NCBI GenBank assembly: GCA_002898395.1
Contig: BEHE01000001.1
Coordinates: forward strand, 91,182 to 155,181
Origin: Candidatus Calditenuaceae archaeon HR02
GTDB lineage: Archaea > Thermoproteota > Nitrososphaeria_A > Caldarchaeales > Calditenuaceae
DNA: 64,000 bases
Direction: 5' to 3'
Part shown: one piece after another, positions 39,684-49,345 of the stretch
Position numbering within the stretch: position 1 is the first letter of the stretch
How the letters are laid out: the number at the start of each line of letters is the position of its first letter
Notes under the pieces: model-generated
Seen by the model: only the letters and a program-made list of their open reading frames with translations
Databases searched by the model: none
Told to the model about the DNA's origin: nothing
Program-made: the position numbers and the translations under genes

Positions 39684-40215
39684 GTCTAGCTACGGACCAT
39701 ACAGGTTTGCGGCCGCATTGATAACCGGCATCAAGAAGAACCCGCTGAGACTGCTTGTTGAGCTACGCCTCAACGGTTCGTCAGGGATACAGTTCTGCAG
39801 GCCGGAGATAGTTGTGTCAGAGCGCCATCTAATCGCGGCATTCGCAGCTGCAGCCACAACCACTCAAGCAGGAGTTGCAAGGTCAAGGCGGATCGAGGTC
39901 GAGTATCTCCTAAGACTCTCCTGCCAGAGGCAGATTCAAGATGCACTCAGGGTCGCGGGCCTGCGAGGGGACGAAGACAAAATAATTGCAGTGGCAATAA
40001 CCATGAGCGAGGAAGACCCTGGGGTACTACTCTACAAGGTTGCTGAGGAGCTGGGCGGGAAAATAGAGCCATTCAGACGGTTAACAGGCTCCGACATCTT
40101 AATGGAGATTTACAAGATAAGCGAGGAGCAATTAGAGGCCATTCCAGCAACAGGCGAAACAGACCCACTCGAACTCCTAATCTTAGAGAGGGTAGTCTCA
40201 AGCTACGTTGGCTGA
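39667..40215 (+). CDS. cgi121: KEOPS complex subunit Cgi121
   Basis: 182 aa. Cgi121-like flow: ..IQFCRPEIVVSERHLIAAFAAAA.., RRIEVEYLLRLSCQRQIQDALRVAGL. Overlaps the upstream gene by 17 nt. Confidence 0.6.
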   Translation: MVAVIRSSYGPYRFAAALITGIKKNPLRLLVELRLNGSSGIQFCRPEIVVSERHLIAAFAAAATTTQAGVARSRRIEVEYLLRLSCQRQIQDALRVAGLRGDEDKIIAVAITMSEEDPGVLLYKVAEELGGKIEPFRRLTGSDILMEIYKISEEQLEAIPATGETDPLELLILERVVSSYVG

Positions 40216-40306
40216 GGATATGGCGCCTCCACAACCTCCCTAAGGGGCCACCGTGAATATCTCGGGGCTTAGTATAGGCGAGGTGTGAAGTTGCCAGAAT
40301 ATTGTT

Positions 40307-40804
40307 TTATTCGTATTTGTATAGTGTTTGTACCTCGAAGTTTTCGGGCAGGACGCCAGTCGACTTGTAGTATTTTACGAGCCGGTGTATCTTTGCCTCC
40401 ACTAGCTGGAGCCGCTTCCTGTTGTAGCGGTCTGATCGATGGGTTTGCAGGTGTACGTGCATTCTTCTAGCCCTAGCGATGAGGTTTGAGAGGTCTTCGG
40501 GTATCTCTGGAGCAAGACCGTTTTCCTCAAGTATCTTAAGCATTCTCTTGCCCACGATAGGTTTGACGAGGGGGATACCATGTTGGTCGCGGAGTATAAC
40601 TCCTATCTGGCTGGGCGGGATGCCGCTTTTCGCGTACTTCACGACCAGCGCCTTAACCTCGTCTGGAGAGACTGTGAGCCAAGGTGGAGGTACTTTGCTT
40701 ATGGGTCTTTTTGACCCCGAGCGGCCCCTTTTTCTGGCATGCATCCGCGCCAAGCCTAAACCACTAATGGCTACTTTCCCCTCCGCGTGATTTAAATCTA
40801 GCAT
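40307..40804 (-). CDS. rps15: ribosomal protein uS15 (S15P/S13e)
   Basis: [95 protein letters not shown]. The real start is probably about 20 codons inside the track ORF. Confidence 0.9.
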   Translation of the reverse strand: MLDLNHAEGKVAISGLGLARMHARKRGRSGSKRPISKVPPPWLTVSPDEVKALVVKYAKSGIPPSQIGVILRDQHGIPLVKPIVGKRMLKILEENGLAPEIPEDLSNLIARARRMHVHLQTHRSDRYNRKRLQLVEAKIHRLVKYYKSTGVLPENFEVQTLYKYE

Positions 40805-40870
40805 GAGCCATGATTGGGAAGCGGGGGCCTGAATAGCCTTAAATGAGGCATGATGAGGCTAACATCGTAG

Positions 40871-41950
40871 ATGAGCGAAAATAGGGGTGGGATTCTAGTA
40901 TATGCTGTTTTTGTCGCCTCGTGGATTGCTAGCGGGCTCATACACTTCCCCCAGCTCAGCTGGAGCATATACAGCGACATAGTCAGCTTCTGGTATAGGC
41001 CGGAGAGCGGAGAGATGCTTAGAGCTGGAGCCGCGCCGTGTTTCCATTTCTTCTTCGAGTATCCCCCCGCCTCCTGCCTTACAATATATGTATCAGCCAT
41101 ACTCGGTTCAGGAGACATTATAAGATACTATCAAACATTCTTTTATCTCAGCCTGCCAGCATACCTCGCGATTGCATGGTCTATTATACAGGTCTCTAGA
41201 ATTAGTGGCTCAGGTTGGCTGGGCCTAGTCTTCGCAGTTTCTCCAAGCCTCGTCTTCTACGGCATCTACAATTTTGACCACTATGCAGCAGCGCTCGCAG
41301 GCTTGTCAACTGCATTTCTTCTTAGAAAGAGGTACTTTATCAGTGGCCTGGGGGCCGGTCTGGGCTTCGTGTTCAAACTCTACACCGCTCTCCTCATACC
41401 CATAGTATTTGCTGAGACAAGGTGGACTGAGAGGATTCATTATTTGCTGGGGTTCATAGCTGGTGCCGCCCCGTTATATCTTGCTCAGGCGGCCTTCAAC
41501 CCTGCCGGGCTTATCCAATTCGTAGAGTATCATAGTGGATGGGGGCTAGAGAATGCATGGTATATCTGGATATTCTGGGACCAGTTCTCGCCCACCGCTA
41601 AGATGCTCGGGACGCTGTTGGGAGTCTTCCTAGTCCTTCAGGCAGCTCTAATTAGGGGCCCGATGCTTCCGCGGATGTTTCTCGCCGTCTCATCCTGGCT
41701 GACCATGTCATATATCTTTACCCCTCAGATGGTCATCTGGCTCATCCCATTCCTAGCCGCCGTTCCTAGGTCTGTACTCCCCTATTGGCCGAGCCTAGAG
41801 ATAAGCAACGTAGCGATAATATTGACGTGGTTCGGCGACTACAACCCCGTCATGCCCCCCTCACCACCCCAGGTTATGGTGCTGATCAGAGCAGTTTCTC
41901 TGGCGCTTATGATTGTCTCGGTGTATCGTAACGAAGTAAAAAAACTATGA
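40871..41950 (+). CDS. polytopic membrane protein, GT-C-like glycosyltransferase (DUF2029-like), putative
   Basis: 359 aa with roughly 9-10 predicted TM segments by hydrophobicity. The family call is weak. Confidence 0.4.
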   Translation: MSENRGGILVYAVFVASWIASGLIHFPQLSWSIYSDIVSFWYRPESGEMLRAGAAPCFHFFFEYPPASCLTIYVSAILGSGDIIRYYQTFFYLSLPAYLAIAWSIIQVSRISGSGWLGLVFAVSPSLVFYGIYNFDHYAAALAGLSTAFLLRKRYFISGLGAGLGFVFKLYTALLIPIVFAETRWTERIHYLLGFIAGAAPLYLAQAAFNPAGLIQFVEYHSGWGLENAWYIWIFWDQFSPTAKMLGTLLGVFLVLQAALIRGPMLPRMFLAVSSWLTMSYIFTPQMVIWLIPFLAAVPRSVLPYWPSLEISNVAIILTWFGDYNPVMPPSPPQVMVLIRAVSLALMIVSVYRNEVKKL

Positions 41951-41977
41951 TTGAGTACCGCCTTTATAGCTGATGGG

Positions 41978-43066
41978 TTATCTCTCACGCTTCCCCTCTA
42001 TAAACTCTTCGAGCATTGTCCGTGCAACGTCGTCAGGGTATTGGATGGGTGGGGACTTCATGAGGTAGGCTGATGCTGATATGAGGGGGCCGCCGATTCC
42101 CCTCTCCTTTGCTATCTTAATGCATCTTATAGCGTCGATTACTACTCCCGCGGAGTTGGGTGAGTCCCAGACCTCCAGTTTGACCTCCACGGTCAGCGGC
42201 GAGTCCCCGAAGTTCCGTCCCTCTAGGCGAATGTACGCCCACTTCCTGTCCCCAAGCCATGGGACATAGTCGCTGGGCCCGACATGTATGTCGGATTCGC
42301 TCATCTTGTAGGGTATCAGCGATTCTACAGCGGAAGTCTTTGATACCTTTTTTGACTGGAGCCTCTCCCGCTCAAGCATGTTTAGGAAGTCAGTGTTTCC
42401 GCCAAAGTTTAGCTGATAGGTTCTGTCGATCTTGACCCCCCTATCTACAAATAGCTTCGCTAAGACCCTGTGGAGAATCGTTGCACCAACCTGGCTCTTA
42501 ACATCATCACCCACTATGGGCACATTCCTCTTCTCGAATATCTTCTGCCACCTTCTCTCCCGCGCAATAAACACGGGTATAGCATTCACGAAACCCGTTC
42601 CCGCATCTAGGGCCTGCTCGACATACCACTTAGTCGCGTACTCGCTGCCGACAGGGAGGAAGTTGACAACTACGTCGGCCTCAGCCTCCTTCAGGACAGA
42701 GGCGACATCCACCGTTTCTCCAGGTGCCTTCTTGATAACATCTTTAAGATACTTCCCAATACTGTCAAAGGTCATCCCCCTCATGACCTCAACGCCCAGC
42801 CTAGGGACATCAGCGAACTTCCGGGTATTGTTAGGGGGTGCGAAGATTGCTTCTGAAAGATCCTTCCCCACCTTCCGCTCATCGATATCGAAGGCCGCCA
42901 CGAACTCTATGTCCGAAACATGGTATCCCCCTAGCCTCACATGCATGAGTCCAGGGACAAACTCGTCATCAGGCGCGTCCCTATAATACTCTACGCCTTG
43001 GACAAGTGAGGAGGCGCAGTTCCCCACACCCACTATGGCGACCTTAATTTTTCCCATATCGAGCAT
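41978..43066 (-). CDS. ino1: myo-inositol-1-phosphate synthase (archaeal type)
   Basis: [25 protein letters not shown].., [21 protein letters not shown] and [10 protein letters not shown] are characteristic MIPS blocks. Confidence 0.85.
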   Translation of the reverse strand: MLDMGKIKVAIVGVGNCASSLVQGVEYYRDAPDDEFVPGLMHVRLGGYHVSDIEFVAAFDIDERKVGKDLSEAIFAPPNNTRKFADVPRLGVEVMRGMTFDSIGKYLKDVIKKAPGETVDVASVLKEAEADVVVNFLPVGSEYATKWYVEQALDAGTGFVNAIPVFIARERRWQKIFEKRNVPIVGDDVKSQVGATILHRVLAKLFVDRGVKIDRTYQLNFGGNTDFLNMLERERLQSKKVSKTSAVESLIPYKMSESDIHVGPSDYVPWLGDRKWAYIRLEGRNFGDSPLTVEVKLEVWDSPNSAGVVIDAIRCIKIAKERGIGGPLISASAYLMKSPPIQYPDDVARTMLEEFIEGKRER

Positions 43067-43147
43067 CTAATACCTCCTCTTTAATAAATGTTAACAAGGA
43101 CATGGAAACAGATAAATACTATGCACCAGTTTACTACGTGATGTCGC

Positions 43148-44185
43148 TTGGTGTCTATTGTTTATTCTAACAAAATCCTCTTGAGTATACGATTCATTCT
43201 GATATTCTCTCTGATCGCTGCGGGGCTTACAGCTGGTGTTTTGTCACAAAGCGTCGTTACTAGGACTCGGACCTCTACCACGCTAGAAACTATTGGAAGC
43301 ACGATAATTACAACCACTGTAGTAATTGAAGGGGGTGAAAAAACCATCACCATGGTTGTCCCTGGCTATGTGGTAGTTGAGGTACGTTTAGAATCGGGTA
43401 GGACGTGTGTAGTTATCTTCAGAGCGTTGAGAGAGATTCCCGAGCAGACTGTGACGATTACTGGAGGGACGTTTAAGTTCCCCGGAACGACAATGTCGAC
43501 CGTGATTAGGGAGCAGACGATTATCTTCTCCACGGCCTACACTGACGCCGGCTGGACAACCACCTATACTGGCCTCGGCCCCGGCTACGTCACTACCATG
43601 AGAATTGGTGGCATGGAGTATACCTTCAGTTATCCGGTCGGGGGCGAGTTCAGGGAAAGGTGCGGAGAGAACATAGTTTCAGTCTTGAATACGGTTATCT
43701 TTGAGACCGGTCCAGCCACCTTCTATCTGGCGTTTCCAGGCTACACCTTCACTATTCCGGCAGCAACCTACACTATTCCAGGCATTACACTAGAGATCGA
43801 GCCATTTACTACAACCTATACGAGTGTCATTAAGGGAGTAACTGAGACACAGACAACAACATTCCGCGGCTCAACCATGATAGAGACTATCACTCTACAG
43901 GCCAGCACATACGTGACCACGGTCGTCAAAGAAGGAAGTACTGTAACTCGGCTTGTCTACTTGGTCGAGACTGTAACACTTGGAGAGGAGACCACTACGC
44001 CAGCTACCACTACGACACCAACAACGACTGTAACAACGCAGCCAGCCACCACGACACCGCAAGTTACAAGAACGGAGACTCAGCCACAGCCGGCACAATT
44101 CGATGTAGTCATAGTTGCAATCGTCCTGGCTGTAGTCGCTGTTGTAGCCGGAGCCGTGGTCTATATTTTAAAGAAAAAGCCGTAG
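43148..44185 (+). CDS. Thr/Val-rich secreted protein with C-terminal membrane anchor (putative surface protein)
   Basis: 345 aa. N-terminal hydrophobic segment, a Thr-rich body, a TTTPATTTTPTTTVTTQPATTTPQ stalk and a terminal TM helix plus KKKP. Confidence 0.5.
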   Translation: MVSIVYSNKILLSIRFILIFSLIAAGLTAGVLSQSVVTRTRTSTTLETIGSTIITTTVVIEGGEKTITMVVPGYVVVEVRLESGRTCVVIFRALREIPEQTVTITGGTFKFPGTTMSTVIREQTIIFSTAYTDAGWTTTYTGLGPGYVTTMRIGGMEYTFSYPVGGEFRERCGENIVSVLNTVIFETGPATFYLAFPGYTFTIPAATYTIPGITLEIEPFTTTYTSVIKGVTETQTTTFRGSTMIETITLQASTYVTTVVKEGSTVTRLVYLVETVTLGEETTTPATTTTPTTTVTTQPATTTPQVTRTETQPQPAQFDVVIVAIVLAVVAVVAGAVVYILKKKP

Positions 44186-44212
44186 AGTAAACCCACTGGA
44201 CTTTTATGCAGA

Positions 44213-45436
44213 TTATCTGTCCCACTCCACAGGCCAGAAGTTGTTGGACCAGTAGATGACCGGTATATCGGCTATTCTTTTCCCACGCCCAGTATAGGGT
44301 ATGACTATCAGGTTTCTGAAGGATGGTGCAAGTATTCTTACCCTGTATGGTTTATCTGAGCCGTCTGACCTGACGTAGTAGGCCATCTCGCCGTGTGCGG
44401 CCTCAGCCCTAGCAAAGGCCTCGCCAGCAGGGACCCTAATGTTTATTGGATGCTGCTTGAGCTTAAAGGGGCCGTCGGGAAGCCCCTCGATAAGCTGTCT
44501 AATAATCTTGAGGCTCTCCCTCATCTCCCTAAAGGCTACGACAGCCCTAGCATAACCATCTCCCTCAGTAAGCACTGGGACCTCGAACTTTACGTCGCTG
44601 TAGGCATCGTAGGGCTCATCCACTCTTACATCCCTCCTTAAGCCGGACGCCCTCAATGTGACGCCTACGGCGCCAAGTGCTGCAACCTCATCTGGCGTTA
44701 ACCTTCCAACCCCTCGCGTCCTGCTTATGAATATCGCGTTGTCGAGAATCAGGTCCCAGTAGTAGTCCAGCCTACAATCTATGAAGTCGGCTACGTGTAA
44801 AGCATATTTACGGAAGTCGTCTGTGAGTTCAGACTCGCTTGGCCTCTTACCTGTCGCCTCAGAATACCACGTCCTGAAGTGCTGCACAAGCCTGGGCGGG
44901 ACCCTAGCAAGAACATCATTCCTAACACCGCCAGGCACAAAGTATGAGTGCGTGATTCTCTGACCCCCAATGAATTGGACTAAGTCGACGATGAATTCGC
45001 GGTCGCCGAAGCACCAGAGGAAGGGTGTTGGGAGTCCCAAGAAGACCCCGTAGAGGGCAAAGTAATAGAAGTGGCTACCAATCCTGTTGAGCTCGGCCAT
45101 GAGGGCGCGGAGGTATTTTGCGCGGGGTGGCGGCTCGACTCCCATCAGCTTCTCAACAGCCAGGCAGTACGGGTATAGCATTCCAGCGGAGTCGAGGATA
45201 GCGGGCCTTTCGAGGTGCGGAACATTAGTAATCCAAGTCTTTGACTCGCACATCTTTTCCTCCCCCCGATGGACGAATCCCGGGTCAGGCTCTGCCTCAA
45301 GCACTGTATCCCCTAAGACTCTAACGATTAGTCTGAAATGGCCCGTTCCTGGGTGCTGTGGGCCGTAGGAGAAGACAAGCCCCTCACCAGTATCGTAGAT
45401 GTATATCTCCCTGCTCTCCTGACCCTCCTCTTGCAT
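44213..45436 (-). CDS. nuoD: NADH-quinone oxidoreductase subunit D (49-kDa subunit)
   Basis: 407 aa with YGPQHPGTGHFRLIV.., GFVHRGEEKMCE, IGGQRITHSYFVPGGV. Confidence 0.85.
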   Translation of the reverse strand: MQEEGQESREIYIYDTGEGLVFSYGPQHPGTGHFRLIVRVLGDTVLEAEPDPGFVHRGEEKMCESKTWITNVPHLERPAILDSAGMLYPYCLAVEKLMGVEPPPRAKYLRALMAELNRIGSHFYYFALYGVFLGLPTPFLWCFGDREFIVDLVQFIGGQRITHSYFVPGGVRNDVLARVPPRLVQHFRTWYSEATGKRPSESELTDDFRKYALHVADFIDCRLDYYWDLILDNAIFISRTRGVGRLTPDEVAALGAVGVTLRASGLRRDVRVDEPYDAYSDVKFEVPVLTEGDGYARAVVAFREMRESLKIIRQLIEGLPDGPFKLKQHPINIRVPAGEAFARAEAAHGEMAYYVRSDGSDKPYRVRILAPSFRNLIVIPYTGRGKRIADIPVIYWSNNFWPVEWDR

Positions 45437-45590
45437 CTAAATCTCCTCCACATAGCCTCTATTATAAGCTATTGAACCTTCCAGCAGAACGAGGCCTCCT
45501 CAGATAGAAGGTCTGAAGGACCTGGATTCATGGATAGTGTCTTTGGACGTTCAAAGGTTGTTGATTGTGTTACTAGCATTAACCATTTTT

Positions 45591-45782
45591 CTATCGCTTC
45601 TCCTGCTTCATCAAGAGAAAGACAAGAACAAGTACGACAAGTATTAGGAGGAGACCCAGGCGGAATAATACGCCCAGCACAGCCCTAATCCCTGCAAACA
45701 CACCCCAAAGAAAGGCGCCTCCCACACCGATGATGGTGACCAGAAAAGCTAGTAAAATGATTATGAGTCTCGGGCTCAACAC
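45591..45782 (-). CDS. small two-TM membrane protein between nuoC and nuoD (hypothetical)
   Basis: I trimmed track ORF 45591..45971 to the GTG at 45780-45782, because its upstream part overlaps nuoC. The product is VLSPRLIIILLAFLVTIIGVGGAFLWGVFAGIRAVLGVLFRLGLLLILVVLVLVFLLMKQEKR. Confidence 0.35.
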   Translation of the reverse strand: MLSPRLIIILLAFLVTIIGVGGAFLWGVFAGIRAVLGVLFRLGLLLILVVLVLVFLLMKQEKR

Positions 45783-45837
45783 CCTCCTGCCCCACTCCCG
45801 TGGGTCCTGATGCCTGTTGAGAGATTTATGAGTTGTG

Positions 45838-46338
45838 CTATTCTCTCCCTGGAGGCCGATAGTCCTTTCTAAGTGGTGGGATATCTGACCACCATTCTGG
45901 AAGCAGTAGTCGCTTGAGCTTTGGATGACCTTCGAATACCACCCCGAGCATCTCGTAGGTCTCACGCTCATGGTACTCTGCGCTGGGCCAAATTTTAACC
46001 AGCGACGGCGAAACTGGCCTGTCTCGGGGAAGCTTAGTGGAAAGGTTCACGACATAGGGGGCGAGCTCGCCATCAAGGTAGGCCCCCGCGTGGTAGATCA
46101 GCTCTATCGCGTTTTCACTCTGTTTAAGCGCTATCAAGTCGATGCCAGTTACGCCCTTCACATGGTCGAAGCCCATCTCCTTCAAGATAGCCGCTGCCTC
46201 GACCAGGGCCCCAGAAGCCACATTAACCTTGATGATCTTCTTATCAACCGTAACCCCCTGTAGCTTATCACCTAATACCATCTTGAGCCTCTCTAGGGCC
46301 GCAGCGAGTTTGGGGTTGGCACCGTGAAGCTCGCTCAT
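45838..46338 (-). CDS. nuoC: NADH-quinone oxidoreductase subunit C (30-kDa subunit)
   Basis: [18 protein letters not shown]...[35 protein letters not shown]. The ATG at 46336-46338 overlaps the nuoB stop (ATGA). The longer track ORF start lies inside nuoB. Confidence 0.8.
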   Translation of the reverse strand: MSELHGANPKLAAALERLKMVLGDKLQGVTVDKKIIKVNVASGALVEAAAILKEMGFDHVKGVTGIDLIALKQSENAIELIYHAGAYLDGELAPYVVNLSTKLPRDRPVSPSLVKIWPSAEYHERETYEMLGVVFEGHPKLKRLLLPEWWSDIPPLRKDYRPPGRE

Positions 46339-48209
46339 ACCAAATCCTCGTTTAATATCTTGTCGCGAAGCAGCACAAAACCTTGTATGAGTGTCTGGGG
46401 GTTGGGTGGGCATCCTGGTACATAGACGTCTACGGGGACTATGTCGTCGACTCCCTGGAGGACATTGTAAGAATCTTTCGCATAGAGTCCACCAGAGATG
46501 GCGCAATTATGGACTAACACTCCATTTGCAAAAAAGTTGTGGTATTTGTCTACCTCTATGTCAAAGACATTATCGTGGCCCACATATTCTACGTTGGAGA
46601 CCTTAATAAGTGATATGTCTTTATGATTTGTCCGAAGTAATGACTTATTGTTCCTTCTACGTCTAACTATGTTACCCCTCACTCTCTCTATATATTCCAG
46701 TCTGGTTAACGGAAGTTCCGCTACAACGGAATGAGGCAGTCTAATACAATACTCTTCAGAGGCTACTTTTCTCCCATCTATCGTGTTTACTTTAAATTTT
46801 CTATAAATGCCTGATACGTGGATTCCTCTGAAGTGGCATAGCTCCACTAAGTCTCTGAGAAGCTGCCTATTAACTGAATATATGTATGCGGAGCCATCAA
46901 GTTCGACATAACCGTCAGACTCTATTAAACCAGCTATAAAATGCATAACGTGATTTAATGGAGATAAATAAATCCAATTTGGAACCCTCTTATTATATAC
47001 ACCATTATATGGTTGCAAAGTTGTTAACATACCGCTAACAGCAGTAGATTCTATTGTAGCCTGTCGCCAGCTTGAGGGTTTTAACCCAGATATCTCTTCT
47101 ATTGTATTTTCGAGTTCATTTCTTATTGGGTCGTGTGGTAATATCGAAAACTCTATGCGGTTTTTGTTTTTCAATCCGTCTCCCATATAGACTCCTACAA
47201 TCCACGCCAGCTTTTCATCCACATACTCAGGTAGCCTGACTTTGTTCTTAATCCATCCATCATGTTTATAAGATATTTTAACAGGAATTCCATCAAGCTG
47301 CAGGTTAAAGACTGGTAATGTATCGCCGATTTTAACCTCTCTTAGAGTTTTCCAAGTAATTTCATACCCAAACCTAGCTGGTGGGTTCTTTAACCAATAT
47401 GACAGAGTCTTCCTAGAAATTCCGAGAGTATTAGCGACCTCCTCCTTCTTCATACCGCATTTAAGCATCTTCTTAGCATAGCTATACATTCGCCACTTAT
47501 GTGTTTCTGTTTTCTCATAAACAGCTATTGGGTGATCTTCAGTAGCTTCCAGCTCATAAGAGCCAGCGGTTATTCTATATATTCTCCTGATTCCGTTATT
47601 CTTTTTAGCCTTAACCTTAGCAGTAACCACTCTTCGGCTATATTCATCATATGCAAACACAATATCCCCGACATGAATATCCGATATTCTTTTGAGACCT
47701 GAAGGTGTATAGACGAGTGAGTGGGCAGGAAGACAGGCACCCATGGCCACCACATACTTCGGCTCAGGCATCTGGTCATATATTATCCGGACCCGCTGGG
47801 CCATCTTAGTGGTAACCGTCCCCTCCACGATGAGGAGGTCGGACTGCCTCAGTGAGCCGACCGCGTTCAGTATTCCAAACCTCTCGGGGTCGTATCTGGA
47901 GCCGACCGTTCCGGCGAACTCGACTGAGCAGCAGGCCGTGGTGAGGTGGACTGGAAAGAGGGATGAGAGCCTACCCCAGTTCACAATATACTTGATGAGC
48001 GACCTCCTCCTAAACCACTGAATCACGAAGTTTCCCCCACCTTCCTCGTTAAGCTTTCCTACCCCATACCTTCTAACCGATTCGGGAACCTTTTGAGGGG
48101 GGACCACCTCCTGGGAAATAGATTCCACAACAACTCGAGAGGAGCCTAGTGTGAGGTTGAAGAGCCCTGTTTTCCGCCGACCGTGCGCGTATGCGCAGAG
48201 AGGGGCCAA
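46335..48209 (-). CDS. nuoB: NADH-quinone oxidoreductase subunit B (PSST/20-kDa) precursor containing an intein
   Basis: Extein blocks are [33 protein letters not shown] | CAISGGLY, and [13 protein letters not shown] 410-aa insertion separates the GA from the CA. The N-terminal extent of the extein is uncertain. Confidence 0.85.
   Translation of the reverse strand: MAPLCAYAHGRRKTGLFNLTLGSSRVVVESISQEVVPPQKVPESVRRYGVGKLNEEGGGNFVIQWFRRRSLIKYIVNWGRLSSLFPVHLTTACCSVEFAGTVGSRYDPERFGILNAVGSLRQSDLLIVEGTVTTKMAQRVRIIYDQMPEPKYVVAMGACLPAHSLVYTPSGLKRISDIHVGDIVFAYDEYSRRVVTAKVKAKKNNGIRRIYRITAGSYELEATEDHPIAVYEKTETHKWRMYSYAKKMLKCGMKKEEVANTLGISRKTLSYWLKNPPARFGYEITWKTLREVKIGDTLPVFNLQLDGIPVKISYKHDGWIKNKVRLPEYVDEKLAWIVGVYMGDGLKNKNRIEFSILPHDPIRNELENTIEEISGLKPSSWRQATIESTAVSGMLTTLQPYNGVYNKRVPNWIYLSPLNHVMHFIAGLIESDGYVELDGSAYIYSVNRQLLRDLVELCHFRGIHVSGIYRKFKVNTIDGRKVASEEYCIRLPHSVVAELPLTRLEYIERVRGNIVRRRRNNKSLLRTNHKDISLIKVSNVEYVGHDNVFDIEVDKYHNFFANGVLVHNCAISGGLYAKDSYNVLQGVDDIVPVDVYVPGCPPNPQTLIQGFVLLRDKILNEDLV
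46506..47735 (-). mobile_element. NuoB intein with LAGLIDADG homing-endonuclease domain (410 aa)
   Basis: Begins [13 protein letters not shown] (block A, Cys1 codon 47733-47735). Block B is TEDHPI. LAGLIDADG blocks are [12 protein letters not shown] and [13 protein letters not shown]. Ends [21 protein letters not shown] (Asn codon 46506-46508), followed by the +1 Cys. Confidence 0.85.
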
Positions 48210-48284
48210 TTATGGTTCTCGGCTATTCTAGCGTCCCACGCCTTATTTAAGCCTATTTTACAACTCCAACCAAAATTCTCTTTC

Positions 48285-49301
48285 TCAAAACACTAAGACA
48301 ATTTTTCCAGTGTTTTCTCTCCTCTCGACGATTCCAAGTGCCTCTGATGCCTTTTCGACCGACAGCGTTGTGATGGCTGGTTTAAGGCGGCCAGACCCTA
48401 AAAGTTCCAGCGCTTCTTCCATGTTCCCCCGCGTCGAGCCCACAGCCCCAACTACGGCGTTCTCTCTAAGTATCAAGTAGCCTAGGGGCACCTTAACATC
48501 CTCTACCGAGACGTTTCCAATCACGATTACGCGGCCTCCCCAGGCCGTCGACCTTAGTGAGTGCTCAAACGTGGGAGCGCCCACACACTCTAAAACGACG
48601 TCAACACCCTCGCCCCCTGTTACCTCTCTGACCCTGGCGGACAGCTGTTCAACACCAACGACGACGTGATCTGCCCCAGCCTGCTTAACCCTCTCGGCCT
48701 TTGAGCTGCTTGAAGTGTTGGCGACCACCTTGCATCCCAGCAGCTTAGATATCATGACCGCGTGGATGCCTACTCCGCCTCCTGCGCCAGTAACCAGTAC
48801 CGTTTCACCTGTCCTAACCCTCGCCTGGTATCTCAAGGCGTGAATTATCATCCCCAGGACGCAGCCCGTTATCGAGGCATCTGGGGGGTCGACCGTATTT
48901 GGGACCTTAACAACGTCCCTTGCATTAACTACTATGTACTCAGCCCAAGAGCCATCCCTCTCCTCACCGAGCTGGAGCCTGTTTCTGCAGAGATTCTCCC
49001 TACCCTCCACGCAGTATCTACATCCGCCACACGTCGTGTGCGGGAGGCCCGCAACCCTCTCACCGATATCTAATCCATCAACACCATCACCCAGCTCGAC
49101 TACGATTCCTGAAAACTCATGCCCCATCACAACAGGGCGCTTAGCCCTCGGCATCAGGCCCCGCTGATTGAGAAGGTCGCGATAACACACACCTGCAGCC
49201 TCCACCTTGACCAAGACTTCGCCTCGCCTAGGACTCACAGGTCCCGCGACACTAGTAACAAGCAGATTCTGCTCCCCACGTGTAAGGACTACAGCCTTCA
49301 A
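48285..49301 (-). CDS. zinc-type alcohol/threonine dehydrogenase family (MDR) oxidoreductase
   Basis: 338 aa with GHEFSG, a structural-zinc Cys cluster (CGGCRYCVEGRENLC) and the GAGGGVG Rossmann motif. Confidence 0.8.
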   Translation of the reverse strand: MKAVVLTRGEQNLLVTSVAGPVSPRRGEVLVKVEAAGVCYRDLLNQRGLMPRAKRPVVMGHEFSGIVVELGDGVDGLDIGERVAGLPHTTCGGCRYCVEGRENLCRNRLQLGEERDGSWAEYIVVNARDVVKVPNTVDPPDASITGCVLGMIIHALRYQARVRTGETVLVTGAGGGVGIHAVMISKLLGCKVVANTSSSSKAERVKQAGADHVVVGVEQLSARVREVTGGEGVDVVLECVGAPTFEHSLRSTAWGGRVIVIGNVSVEDVKVPLGYLILRENAVVGAVGSTRGNMEEALELLGSGRLKPAITTLSVEKASEALGIVERRENTGKIVLVF

Positions 49302-49345
49302 GCCTTATCAACACGAAAGAGGCAGGAAGGTGGCGACATGCTTCT

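Noticed and set aside
45838-46506. The long form of the NuoC ORF, with a 56-aa N-terminal extension.
   Set aside because: The extension overlaps the nuoB C-extein in another frame and is Arg/Pro/Cys-rich junk. The ATG at 46336-46338 overlaps the nuoB stop (ATGA) and starts a normal NuoC N-terminus.
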